From NCBI GenBank assembly GCA_963741945.1, contig CAVUKA010000005.1, positions 384,001 to 448,000 on the forward strand: a DNA stretch of 64,000 bases, in the 5' to 3' direction. The notes below the pieces were generated by a model. That model did no database searches, was not told the DNA's origin, and worked only from the letters and a program-made list of their open reading frames with translations. Below, one piece after another: positions 9,925-18,915 of this stretch (the first letter of the stretch is position 1; every line of letters begins with the position of its first letter). The position numbers were made by a program, and so were the translations under genes. The stretch comes from an uncultured Gemmatimonadales bacterium (GTDB lineage: Bacteria; Gemmatimonadota; Gemmatimonadetes; Longimicrobiales; RSA9).

Positions 9925-11196
9925 CTACGGGCCAAGTAGCGCGGCCGGGATCACACCGACTCCGTCCGCGCGGCGATAGGCCGCCGGACCGGTAGTCACG
10001 ACCACCGCGTCCAGGAGATCGCGGCCCATGCGATCGCGGAGCCACAGGAGGTGTTTGACGTCATCGTCGGAAACCGTGCGGGCGAGCGTCACCTCCATCG
10101 CCAGCGCCCGCCCGTCCGCGCGCTCAATGATCAGGTCCACTTCGTGGCGCCCGCCCTTGGTCCGCAGGTGCCTGACGTGCGCCTCCGCCGCATGGGCGTA
10201 GACCCGCACCGAAAGCGTCACCAGCGACTCGAAAAGGTGACCGAGCAGGGTCCCGTCGCGAGGGATGATGGCCGCGCCCTCTCCACCCTCGATCAGTGTG
10301 TCCACTCCAACCCCGAGCAGGCGGGCGGCCAACGCAGGATCCGCCAGTTGATGCTTCTCCGGCCGGGCCAACCGGGAAAAATAGCTCCGGGACGGCACCC
10401 ACGCAGGCACAGGGTCCAGGAGCCAGAGGCGCTGGAGCACGTCTCGATAGTGAATGACCGTGGTTCGTGCCGGTTTCTCGGCTTCGCCGGGAGTCGCGGC
10501 ATCCCGGATCGATTCCAGGGTCGCGGTGGTCGAGGCGGCGGCCGCGTACGCCGTCATCCATCGACGCAGCGTATCCGGCCGGCGTACCGTCTGTCCGACC
10601 TCCTCGAAATCGCGATCGACCACTCGGTCGAGGTAGCTATCCAGCTGCGCCCTTCGAGCGCGATCGGGAAGGGATCGGATGGCGGGAAAACCGGACCCCA
10701 CGATCTCCTCCGCATAATCGCTCAGACCCATCGAGGTCTCCCCCCTGAGCGGCGACGCCCCTCCACCCAACAGCTCCCGCAATGGAATGGACGGCGGGCC
10801 CAGTCCGCGCTCGATAAGGCTCATCGGACGCAGCCGCAGTCGCACAATTCGACCCGCACCCGAATGCGTCGCCGGCGACTCCGGCGCCGCCGAACCAGTG
10901 AGCAGAAACCGTCCGGGTACCGGGTCCGCATCCACCGCCCGGCGCACCGCGTCCCACACCTCCGGCACCCGCTGCCACTCGTCCAGCAGCACTGGTGGAT
11001 CGCCAGAGACGGCCCTGACCGGATCGGCCCGCGCAAGAGCCGCCTGGGCCGGATCGTCGAGACGCCGTACGGTCGCCGCCCGCTGAAGCGCCGTCTCGGT
11101 CTTCCCGACTGCCTTCGGCCCTTCAATCGTGAGCGCCGGGAGCCCCGTCAGGAGCTCATCCAGCTCGTCATCGATGACCCTTCGCGTGTACGGCAT
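9925..11196 (-). CDS. AAA+ ATPase (AAA_14) with C-terminal DUF4143 domain
   Basis: Walker A GPKAVGKT, Walker B LLDEWQ, FLLTGS, LADPALA, GHLFESLV and HEVDLII. Confidence 0.88.
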   Translation of the reverse strand: MPYTRRVIDDELDELLTGLPALTIEGPKAVGKTETALQRAATVRRLDDPAQAALARADPVRAVSGDPPVLLDEWQRVPEVWDAVRRAVDADPVPGRFLLTGSAAPESPATHSGAGRIVRLRLRPMSLIERGLGPPSIPLRELLGGGASPLRGETSMGLSDYAEEIVGSGFPAIRSLPDRARRAQLDSYLDRVVDRDFEEVGQTVRRPDTLRRWMTAYAAAASTTATLESIRDAATPGEAEKPARTTVIHYRDVLQRLWLLDPVPAWVPSRSYFSRLARPEKHQLADPALAARLLGVGVDTLIEGGEGAAIIPRDGTLLGHLFESLVTLSVRVYAHAAEAHVRHLRTKGGRHEVDLIIERADGRALAMEVTLARTVSDDDVKHLLWLRDRMGRDLLDAVVVTTGPAAYRRADGVGVIPAALLGP

Positions 11197-11533
11197 GCGC
11201 CCCCCGTGGTCGAGTCCAGGATTTCCCAAGCTACATCTGGACCGCCCATTACGCTGCGTTTGGACCCATCTGTACACTACAGCCGGTCCATCCACCCGCC
11301 GCGGGGGCTGCCGTCTCCTTGGAACCACCAGAACGCTGGAGGATGTGGCCGGGACCGGACCGCCAGAGGTAGCGGTCCGCGAAGGACCCGAGGCCCTGGA
11401 ACGCCCTGCCTGGAAAGTGGCTTCGTTCCGCGAAATCCTGCGCGAACGCCCGCGGATGTCCCAGAGAGCCAGAAGCGACGCAATACGCCCCAGCGGCGTA
11501 AGCCCCTGGGGCGCAACAACTTCCGAAAACCTA

Positions 11534-11607
<74 letters not shown>

Positions 11608-11625
11608 GCAGGGAGCGTAGCGAAG

Positions 11626-11790
11626 TCTCGTCGCGCGAAGCGTGGCGAGAACTACCTCTCCCGCGCCAACCGTCCTTCTGCGGGCTTCTCGTCGCGCGAA
11701 GCGTGGCGAGAACTACCTCTCCCGCACCAACCGTCCTTCTGCGGGCTTCTCGTCGCGCGAAGCGTGGCGAGAACTACCTCTCCCGCGCCA
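11626..11790. repeat. 61-bp tandem repeat (about 2.7 copies) with an internal hairpin, between the two tRNAs
   Basis: Unit TCTCGTCGCGCGAAGCGTGGCGAGAACTACCTCTCCCGCGCCAACCGTCCTTCTGCGGGCT starts at 11626, 11687 and 11748. Confidence 0.95.
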
Positions 11791-11800
11791 GCACTCCTGA

Positions 11801-11873
11801 TACCCCCACGGGGAATCGAACCCCGGTCTTCTGGCTGAGAACCAGATATCCTAGGCCACTAGACGATGGGGGC
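11801..11873 (-). tRNA. tRNA-Glu(CTC)
   Basis: GCCCCCATCGTCTAGTGGCCTAGGA, anticodon arm TCTGG-TTCTCAG-CCAGA and T-arm GGTTCGATTCC. CCA is not encoded. Confidence 0.97.
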
Positions 11874-11885
11874 AAGGCAGCCCGA

Positions 11886-11913
11886 AGTATAATGGGGTGG
11901 CGGGGCAGGTCAA
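11886..11913 (-). promoter_or_regulatory. tRNA operon promoter
   Basis: Minus strand reads TTGACC-16 nt-TATACT, 12 nt before tRNA-Glu. Confidence 0.7.
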
Positions 11914-11952
11914 CCCCTCGATGGAAGGCGCTCCGACGCCACCGCGGCTGGC

Positions 11953-12918
11953 TCAGCCGTCCAGCCGATCGATCACCGCCCAGGCCAGGAGCGGAATCAT
12001 GATCTCGTGGTGCCCCGTGATCTGGTAGCCTTTTCCGCCGCCCGTTCGCGTGGGGCGCTCGACCACGTTCACGCGGGGCCGGTACTGGCGGATCATGTCG
12101 AGATCCACGGCCGTGAACGCCCGCGGCCTGCCCTCGTTCACGTTGCGGCAGACGGTCAGCGCTTTCAGGAAGACTTCAGGCATCACCACCGCCGAGCCGA
12201 GGTTCAGGACCACTCCGCCGTCGAGATCCGCAAGCGACGCCGCCAGGCGGCGGAAGTCTCTGTGGCTGGTGTCGCCGATAGCGGCGCCATCGGCGGCCGG
12301 GTGCTGGTGTATGATCTCCGCGCCGAGCGCCGCGTGGACCGTGTATGCGACGCCCGCCCGGTGGGCAGCCAGCAGCAGGGAGCGATCGCCGTGCGCCAGC
12401 TCATCCGCGGCCGCCCGCGCCTCCAGCGCGCGCCCGAGCGCCTCGCCGAGTCCCCACCCCTCCATGGCGCCGCGGCGGATGGCGTCGTTCATCTCCCGAC
12501 CGGTCTCTTCCGCCATCCCGAAGGTGCCGTCGCGGAGCCCGGCCTCCACGTCCTCGCTGGTCCCGCCCCAGCGCGCCATCTCGTAATCGTGGATCACGGC
12601 CGACCCGTTGCTGGCCAGGTGCGAGATCACGCCCCGCCGGACCAGCTCGATGAGGAGCGGGCCGACGCCAGTCTTCACCACGTGGCCGCCCATCATGCAG
12701 ATCACCGGGCGTTCGCGGCGCGCGGCCTCGACAATGGCGTCCACCACGGCCAGGAAGCTGCGGGCTTCGAGGATGTCCGGGAGGGAGGCAAGGAAGGCGG
12801 AGAAGGACCGATCGTCGCCCGGGACGCGGGCGAAGTCGTCGGCGCGGACCTTGTTCGGCCGATCACCCACCGCGACGGTGCGTACGCGCGAAAGGTCGAT
12901 CTCGTCGTACTGGCTCAT
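11953..12918 (-). CDS. Conserved hypothetical protein, distantly deoxyhypusine-synthase-like
   Basis: GGHVVK, NGSAVIHDYE, GTFGMAEETG, LNLGSAVVMPEVFLKAL and GHHEIMIPLL motifs; GGAGAG RBS. Confidence 0.7.
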   Translation of the reverse strand: MSQYDEIDLSRVRTVAVGDRPNKVRADDFARVPGDDRSFSAFLASLPDILEARSFLAVVDAIVEAARRERPVICMMGGHVVKTGVGPLLIELVRRGVISHLASNGSAVIHDYEMARWGGTSEDVEAGLRDGTFGMAEETGREMNDAIRRGAMEGWGLGEALGRALEARAAADELAHGDRSLLLAAHRAGVAYTVHAALGAEIIHQHPAADGAAIGDTSHRDFRRLAASLADLDGGVVLNLGSAVVMPEVFLKALTVCRNVNEGRPRAFTAVDLDMIRQYRPRVNVVERPTRTGGGKGYQITGHHEIMIPLLAWAVIDRLDG

Positions 12919-12955
12919 CGCGTTGTCTCTCCGGGCTCCGGTCGCGACGCCCGCC

Positions 12956-13720
12956 TCAACGCGGCGCGGGCGTATAGCTGGTGAGCGTGAGCCCGAGCCG
13001 CCCGATCACGGGCACCTTGGACGTCATCTTCACCAGGATCCGCCGCCAGTCATCGGTGAAATAGACCTCGGCCTGGCCTCCTTCCCCGAACAGCCCCTTC
13101 GTGCGGATGATCGGCTGCACGACGACCACCGGGATCTTGCTCCCGTTCAGGCCGTCCATCTGTTCGCGGCGGAGCACCTTGAGCCTCACGGGGTTCCCCG
13201 ATTCCTTGTAGTACCGGTGGAACGTATAGGTGTCCCCCACCTCCAGCGGGAGAGTCCGGACGAAGTAGAGGAAGGAGACCTCGTCCAGCGGTTGCGCGCT
13301 GGCCAGCGTATCCACGGATCCGGTGGAGCGCCGGACATAGATCATGCGCTCCGGATAGACGTCGTACCACCGTTCGGTCTCGTAATTGACCTCGTCCTGG
13401 TCCTTGTGAATGCGACGAGTGAACAGCCCGTCCACGTCCACCCAGGACTCCAGCAGGTCGTCCACGCCCGCGAACGCCACCTTGCCCTTCACCGTGAACC
13501 GGAGGTGATACGTGGGATGGCCGTCCACCAGCTCCGTCCCCACCACTTCCATGGTGCCCTTGCCCACGTTCCCGAAGAGACCGAGCGACACCGCGTACTC
13601 CCCCCGCTCACCGGGACCGAAGGGCATCACGGTCGTGGCGGCGGCCGTCTGCGCCTCCGCGCCGCCGGCCAGCCCGAGAGCGAGCGTCAGCGCCGCGGCC
13701 AGCATGCGCGCTCGCGTCAC
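12956..13720 (-). CDS. DUF3108-family exported protein
   Basis: Signal peptide ending AGGAEA, PFGPGE motif, LDEVSFLYFVR and YFTDDWRRILVK. Confidence 0.75.
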   Translation of the reverse strand: MTRARMLAAALTLALGLAGGAEAQTAAATTVMPFGPGERGEYAVSLGLFGNVGKGTMEVVGTELVDGHPTYHLRFTVKGKVAFAGVDDLLESWVDVDGLFTRRIHKDQDEVNYETERWYDVYPERMIYVRRSTGSVDTLASAQPLDEVSFLYFVRTLPLEVGDTYTFHRYYKESGNPVRLKVLRREQMDGLNGSKIPVVVVQPIIRTKGLFGEGGQAEVYFTDDWRRILVKMTSKVPVIGRLGLTLTSYTPAPR

Positions 13721-14571
13721 GCCGACTCCCGCGTAGGCTTGCGGCCCGACTCGCCCGCCCCGCCCGACGGACCGGGCGCGTCCCGCGCCGCGATGCTGCC
13801 CACGGCGGCATCCCCGGCGGCCTCCGCCGGTGCAGGCGGCGCGGCGCCGCGGCCGGAGCGGAACAGGTGGGCGAGCTCGGCGGACGCCCGCCGCGCATCG
13901 AAGCGGCTGGTCCGCTGCCGGCGCACCGGGTGCACGCGTATGTCCACGGCCTCGGTGCGCCGGGCGTGTGGCACCACGCGGCCGAGCAGCTCCGCGCTGG
14001 CGGCCCAGACGTCGCCCGTGGCCAGCGGCCGGTCGCCTTCCGCCTCGATGGCCTTGCGGAGGACGATCACGCGATACGCGCGGAACCCCGAGAAGAGGTC
14101 CGCCTCGCCGTTCCCGCCGCGCAGGCGACGGAGCAGGTAGCTCCACAGCCGTCGCGACCAGCGCACCAGTCGCGGCATCCCCTTCGGGGCGGGCTGCAGC
14201 CGTCCGGTGACCACATCGGCACCGCCCTCGATCCGCTTCACCAGCGTGGCCACGTCTTCCGGCTCGTCCGTGAAGTCGGCCTGGAGCGTCACCACCACGT
14301 CCCGCTTCGGGTAGGTCGAGCGTGCGACGGCCTCGCGCAGGAGCGCGTCCAGCGAAGCCGCGTAGCCTTCCCTGCGCTCGTGGCGGCGGACGTGGACAGG
14401 CATGATCCGGGCGTACGGCTCGATCACGTCGCCGGTCCCATCAGTGGAGGCGTCGTCCACCACCAGCACCTGGTAGTCCCGGTCGAAGTCCGACATCACC
14501 TGTCGGATCTTCCACAGGACCACGCCGATGGTCCGCTCCTCGTTGTAGGCCGGTATGCAGATATAGACCAA
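13717..14571 (-). CDS. Glycosyltransferase family 2
   Basis: YICIPAYNEE, VDDASTDGT, QAD and SGFRAYR motifs. Start (TTG) is approximate. Confidence 0.85.
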   Translation of the reverse strand: MVYICIPAYNEERTIGVVLWKIRQVMSDFDRDYQVLVVDDASTDGTGDVIEPYARIMPVHVRRHERREGYAASLDALLREAVARSTYPKRDVVVTLQADFTDEPEDVATLVKRIEGGADVVTGRLQPAPKGMPRLVRWSRRLWSYLLRRLRGGNGEADLFSGFRAYRVIVLRKAIEAEGDRPLATGDVWAASAELLGRVVPHARRTEAVDIRVHPVRRQRTSRFDARRASAELAHLFRSGRGAAPPAPAEAAGDAAVGSIAARDAPGPSGGAGESGRKPTRESA

Positions 14572-14612
14572 GAGACCGCTTCCAGAGCCAGGATTCCGTT
14601 CAACCCACGGCG

Positions 14613-15572
14613 TTATACCTGCCTGCCGTGGGCCCGTTCCGCGGGCGGCGCCGTCTTCCACCGCCGGTGGTGCCAGAAATACTGCTCCGGCGCGCCCCGT
14701 ACCGCGGCCTCGAGCGCGGCCACGTGCGCGGCCGTGAGCGCCACCACTTCCGCCTCCGGGTCATCGAAGGGAGGACGGGGGATCTTCCGCAGCCGGACGT
14801 CGTAGCGTCCGTCGGGGAGGCGCCGCGCCGTGCCAATGAATACGGGCGCTCCGGAGCGCTGCGCCAGTACCGCCGGGCCTCTGAACGTGGACGCCGGGCG
14901 GCCCATGAAGGGGACGAACACGCCAGCCGCGCGCGCGTCCTGATCCGCGACCAGGGCCAGCACGCGTCCTTCCCGCAGCGTTCGCAGCGACTTCCGGGTG
15001 GCTTCCCAGCGCTCGATCACCCGCATGCCGAGCCGCTCCCTCGCCGCGTTGATGAGCCGGTCGAACAGCGGGTTTGACTGACGGCGCGCCACCACGTCCA
15101 GCGGGATGCCGCGCGCGGCAACGGCCGCGCCGCCGATCTCCCAGTTGCCGAAATGCCCGGCGACCACGATCGCACCCGTGCCCGCCTCCACGGCCTGGCG
15201 CATCGCCTCGATTCCGTCGTCCACGTCCGTGAGCGCCAGGACTTCGTCCCGGCTCAGTCGGGATGCCCGCAGCAGCGCGAGTCCCTCCCGGGCCACGTGG
15301 CCGTACGCCGCCGCCGCGGTGCGGTGCAGCCACGCCGCGTCCCGCTCCGGGAACGCCCGCCGGAGCTGCTCATCCACCACGGCCGCGCGTATCCCGAGCG
15401 GCCGGTAGGCGAAGCGGCCGAGGCGCGTCACCGCCCACTCCATTGCCCGCCGACCCAGGACCCGGTCGAGCCAGCGCGCCAGGAGGACCAGCGCGTATTC
15501 GATGCGGTGCTGCAGCGACCGCCGGAACCGTCGCGCGCCGCCCCGCTCAGGCATCGGTCCGTGGAGCGTCAT
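14613..15572 (-). CDS. lpxL: Lipid A late acyltransferase (LpxL/HtrB family)
   Basis: GHFGNWE, LVADQD and PEQYFWHHRRWK motifs. Confidence 0.88.
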   Translation of the reverse strand: MTLHGPMPERGGARRFRRSLQHRIEYALVLLARWLDRVLGRRAMEWAVTRLGRFAYRPLGIRAAVVDEQLRRAFPERDAAWLHRTAAAAYGHVAREGLALLRASRLSRDEVLALTDVDDGIEAMRQAVEAGTGAIVVAGHFGNWEIGGAAVAARGIPLDVVARRQSNPLFDRLINAARERLGMRVIERWEATRKSLRTLREGRVLALVADQDARAAGVFVPFMGRPASTFRGPAVLAQRSGAPVFIGTARRLPDGRYDVRLRKIPRPPFDDPEAEVVALTAAHVAALEAAVRGAPEQYFWHHRRWKTAPPAERAHGRQV

Positions 15573-16629
15573 CGGAGCGACCGCGGCCGGTACGGGCGGC
15601 GGGAAAGCGCTCCACGGCCAGCGCGACCCGCTCCAGCACCTGGTCCGCCGTGATCCGCTCCATCCGCCCGAGCTTCGGCTCGGCGTTCGAAGCGTCGGGC
15701 GCTTCCCCCGGCTCCGTGTATGCGTCCACCCACAGCTCCTGGTAGCGTCGATACGGTCCGACCCGCCACGGGTTGGTATGGCCGTACAGCCCGACGACGG
15801 GCACGTCCATGGCCCGGGCAAGGTGCACGGGACCCGTGTCCGGCGCCACCACCAGTGCGCTCCCGTGCAGGATCCAGATCAGACGCCGGATGCCGTCGCC
15901 CAGCTCGACCGCAGGCCGCGCGGAGGTCCGGCGCACGATCTCCGCCGTGAGATCCCGCTCTCGCTTCGACGGCCCGCCCACGATCACCGGCGCGAAGCCG
16001 AAGTCACGCTCCAGCGAATCCAGCACGTGAGCGTACCGCTCCGGGAACCAGTCCTTCTTCGGGTTGGCCGATGCGGGCACCACCGCGGCCACGGGGCGGT
16101 CGAAGCGGTGGAAGAAAGCCGCCTGCCGCTCCCGCTCCTCCGATGTCGGCCCGAGCCGCCATGCCAGCGGCTCGGCCGGCGCGTCGAACGGTTCGAGGAA
16201 CTCCAGGAACATGTCCTGGGTGTGCGCCCGCGGCCTGGGCGGGAGGTGGCGATTGGCGAACAACCATACCCCGTCGGCCGCGCGCCGCCGGTCGAATCCC
16301 AGCCGCAGCGGCGCGCCCGAAAGCACGGTGGGGAAGACGCTCTTGAAGTAGATGTTGAAATTGAGAGTGGCATCGAACCGCAGCGGCCGGAGCTCACCCG
16401 CCAGCCGGGCCACGCCACGCACACCCTCCTTCTTGTGGAAGACCACCACGCGGTCCACGGCCGGATGCGCCTCGAGCACCGGCGCGGCCACCGGCTCCAC
16501 CACCCACGTGATGCGGCGCTCCGGCATGGCGCGCTTGAGCGCGTCCACCACCGGGAGCCCGTGGACGACGTCGCCCAGCCCCGTGAGCAGCACCATGCAG
16601 ATCTCGCGCGCGTCCGCCAGCTCGCTCAC
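15547..16629 (-). CDS. GT9 heptosyltransferase (WaaC/WaaF-like)
   Basis: LGDVVH, PKKDW, PDTGPVHLA and GLYGHTNP motifs. Confidence 0.88.
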   Translation of the reverse strand: MSELADAREICMVLLTGLGDVVHGLPVVDALKRAMPERRITWVVEPVAAPVLEAHPAVDRVVVFHKKEGVRGVARLAGELRPLRFDATLNFNIYFKSVFPTVLSGAPLRLGFDRRRAADGVWLFANRHLPPRPRAHTQDMFLEFLEPFDAPAEPLAWRLGPTSEERERQAAFFHRFDRPVAAVVPASANPKKDWFPERYAHVLDSLERDFGFAPVIVGGPSKRERDLTAEIVRRTSARPAVELGDGIRRLIWILHGSALVVAPDTGPVHLARAMDVPVVGLYGHTNPWRVGPYRRYQELWVDAYTEPGEAPDASNAEPKLGRMERITADQVLERVALAVERFPAARTGRGRSDDAPRTDA

Positions 16630-17723
16630 CCCGCCACTCCACTCCCCAGGAGCACCCGTTCCGTCTCCTCCACCGTCCGCTCCGGCGAAAACCACTCGGA
16701 CACGCGGTACGCCAGCTCCCGCCTCATGGCTGCCGCCGTGGCGGCGTCGGCGCCGAGTGCCGAGCCGAGCGCCGCGGCCATGGCATCCGCGTCGTCCGGA
16801 GGAACGATCCAGCCTCCCTGGTTCCTCCCAGCCACGGGGCCAAGCGCATCCATCACGCCGCTCACGTCCGTGGCCACCACCAGGCACCCCGCCGCCATGG
16901 CCTCGAGCATCACGTTGGCCATCCCCTCGCGGCGGCTGGCCAGCACGAAGAGGTCTGCCCCGGCCAGCACCTCCTCCACGTCCGTCCGGAACCCGAGCCA
17001 GTGCACCCGCTCCGCCACCCCCAGCGCGGCACCCAGCGCCCGCAGCTCCGCGGCCGCCGGCCCGGTTCCGGCCACGGCCAGGTGCGCGGAGCCACCGCCC
17101 GCGCGTGCAAACGCGCGAAGCAGGATGTCGAATCCCTTCCGCTCCTCCAGCCGCCCCACCCCCACCACCAGCCTCGCCCCCGCCTCGAGGCCGAGCTCCT
17201 CCCGGATGGCGCCGGCTGCCGAGCCCGCCTGGCGGATCCCGTTCAGCACCACGTGCACCTCCCCGGCCGGGAACCACGGCGCCGATGCCAGCCAGGTCTC
17301 GCGGATCGCCCGTGAATTCACGATCAACGCATCGATGTAGTGGCGGAACGCGTGGATGTACTTCCAGCGGCGAGGCAGCGCGCGCTCGATCCCGAGCCGC
17401 TCCACGATCCGCGGCACCCCGGCGCGCCGGGCCGCCCATCCGCCCCAGAAAGAGCGCTTGAACGCGGAGAGAAGGAGCGCATCGGGCCGCTCGAGGCGGA
17501 GCATGCGGGCGAAGCCGAGCGCGTGGAACAGATCGGCGTCGCCGGACGGGCGGGCATGGGTGACGCGCAGCCCCGCGGCCCGCGCCCGCTCCGCCACCGC
17601 ACCTCCCCGGTGGCAGGACACGAGCACGTCGTGACCGCGGTCGGCCAGACCCTCGCCCACCATCATCAGCCACTTCTCGTTCCCGCCCCAGGCGCGGCTG
17701 TCACTCTGGACCACCAGCTTCAT
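16626..17723 (-). CDS. Glycosyltransferase family 4
   Basis: GGNEK, VGRLEERKG and SRREGMANVMLEAMAAG. Confidence 0.9.
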   Translation of the reverse strand: MKLVVQSDSRAWGGNEKWLMMVGEGLADRGHDVLVSCHRGGAVAERARAAGLRVTHARPSGDADLFHALGFARMLRLERPDALLLSAFKRSFWGGWAARRAGVPRIVERLGIERALPRRWKYIHAFRHYIDALIVNSRAIRETWLASAPWFPAGEVHVVLNGIRQAGSAAGAIREELGLEAGARLVVGVGRLEERKGFDILLRAFARAGGGSAHLAVAGTGPAAAELRALGAALGVAERVHWLGFRTDVEEVLAGADLFVLASRREGMANVMLEAMAAGCLVVATDVSGVMDALGPVAGRNQGGWIVPPDDADAMAAALGSALGADAATAAAMRRELAYRVSEWFSPERTVEETERVLLGSGVAG

Positions 17724-17786
17724 CGATGGGCCCTCACCCCGCGGGCACGCAGCGGAGATCCCGCTCCGGCCCGTCCATCCGGTCCA

Positions 17787-18914
17787 TCAATTCTCCAGCC
17801 CGAGAAGAACGCGCTCCCATGCGTCCAGCATCCGCTCCTCCGAGAAGCGCTCCCGCGAAACCCGCAGCGCCGCCGCCCGCATGGCACGCATCCGCCCGGG
17901 CGATCCGAGCAGCGACGCGAGCGAACGGCCGATCGCGGCGGGATCGCTCCCCACGATCAGCCCCGGCGACGCGCCATCGGGCAGCGGCGCCAGCGCTTCG
18001 GCCGCTCCACTCACGTCGGTGCTCACCACAGGAAGCCCGGCCGCCATGGCTTCCAGCATGGCATTGCTCATCCCCTCCCGCTCCGATGTGAGCACGAACA
18101 CATCCATGGCGTCCAGTGCGGGCGCCACATCGGCGAAGTGCCCGGGCAGGTGAAGCCGGCCCGCCACCCCCTCCGCCGCGGCCAGGGCCAGCAGCGCGTC
18201 CCGCTCCTCGCCCTCGCCCACGATCAGCGCGTGCGTGTCCGGGAGCATCGCCAGCGCTCTGACCAGGCGGTCGTAGCGCTTCTGCACGGCCAGGCGCCCC
18301 ACCGACCCCACCACGCGCGCGGCAACCGGAATACCGAGCGCGTCCCGGAGCGCGCTTCCGCCCCGGGCGTCGGGCCTCGGGACGCCGGTGTGGATGGTGA
18401 CAGCCCGGCCGCGGAAGGGGGGCATCGTCGCCAGGAACCGCTGCCGCGTGGCCTCGGCGTTGAACACCACGGCGTCCACCCAGCGCCCGAAGACGAAGCG
18501 GTACTTTGCGTTGCGGGGCACGTCGGTCTCCAGCCCGACGCGGGCCACCACCCGCGGCACGCCCGCCAGCGCCGCCGCCAGCGTGACCAGCCAGATCTTC
18601 CGGAACGTTCCGACCACGAGGACGTCCGGGCGCTGGCGCCGGAGCTCAATGGCGAAGCGGAGAGCGTCGTGGACGGCGATGTCGCCACCCAGCCGGTAGC
18701 GGCGAGACGGGGTCCCGAGCTCCGCGGCCTCGCTCATCACGCGGGGGTGGTTGCAGTAGAGGAGGACATCGTGACCCCGGCCGCGCAGGCCGGCGAGCAG
18801 CCGGGCGAGGGCGATCTCGGCGCCACCCAGGACCGGGGCGCCATTGTGGGCGGTGATCCGGAGCACCCGGGCGGGGGCGGTCGGTGGCGCGGCGACATCC
18901 ATGACCGGTGGCAT
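17787..18914 (-). CDS. Glycosyltransferase family 4
   Basis: GGAE, VGRLAVQK and SEREGMSNAMLEAMAAG. Confidence 0.9.
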   Translation of the reverse strand: MPPVMDVAAPPTAPARVLRITAHNGAPVLGGAEIALARLLAGLRGRGHDVLLYCNHPRVMSEAAELGTPSRRYRLGGDIAVHDALRFAIELRRQRPDVLVVGTFRKIWLVTLAAALAGVPRVVARVGLETDVPRNAKYRFVFGRWVDAVVFNAEATRQRFLATMPPFRGRAVTIHTGVPRPDARGGSALRDALGIPVAARVVGSVGRLAVQKRYDRLVRALAMLPDTHALIVGEGEERDALLALAAAEGVAGRLHLPGHFADVAPALDAMDVFVLTSEREGMSNAMLEAMAAGLPVVSTDVSGAAEALAPLPDGASPGLIVGSDPAAIGRSLASLLGSPGRMRAMRAAALRVSRERFSEERMLDAWERVLLGLEN

Positions 18915-18915
18915 G

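Noticed and set aside
11626-11790. CRISPR array
   Set aside because: The sequences between hairpins are nearly identical rather than unique spacers, and there are no cas genes in the window.
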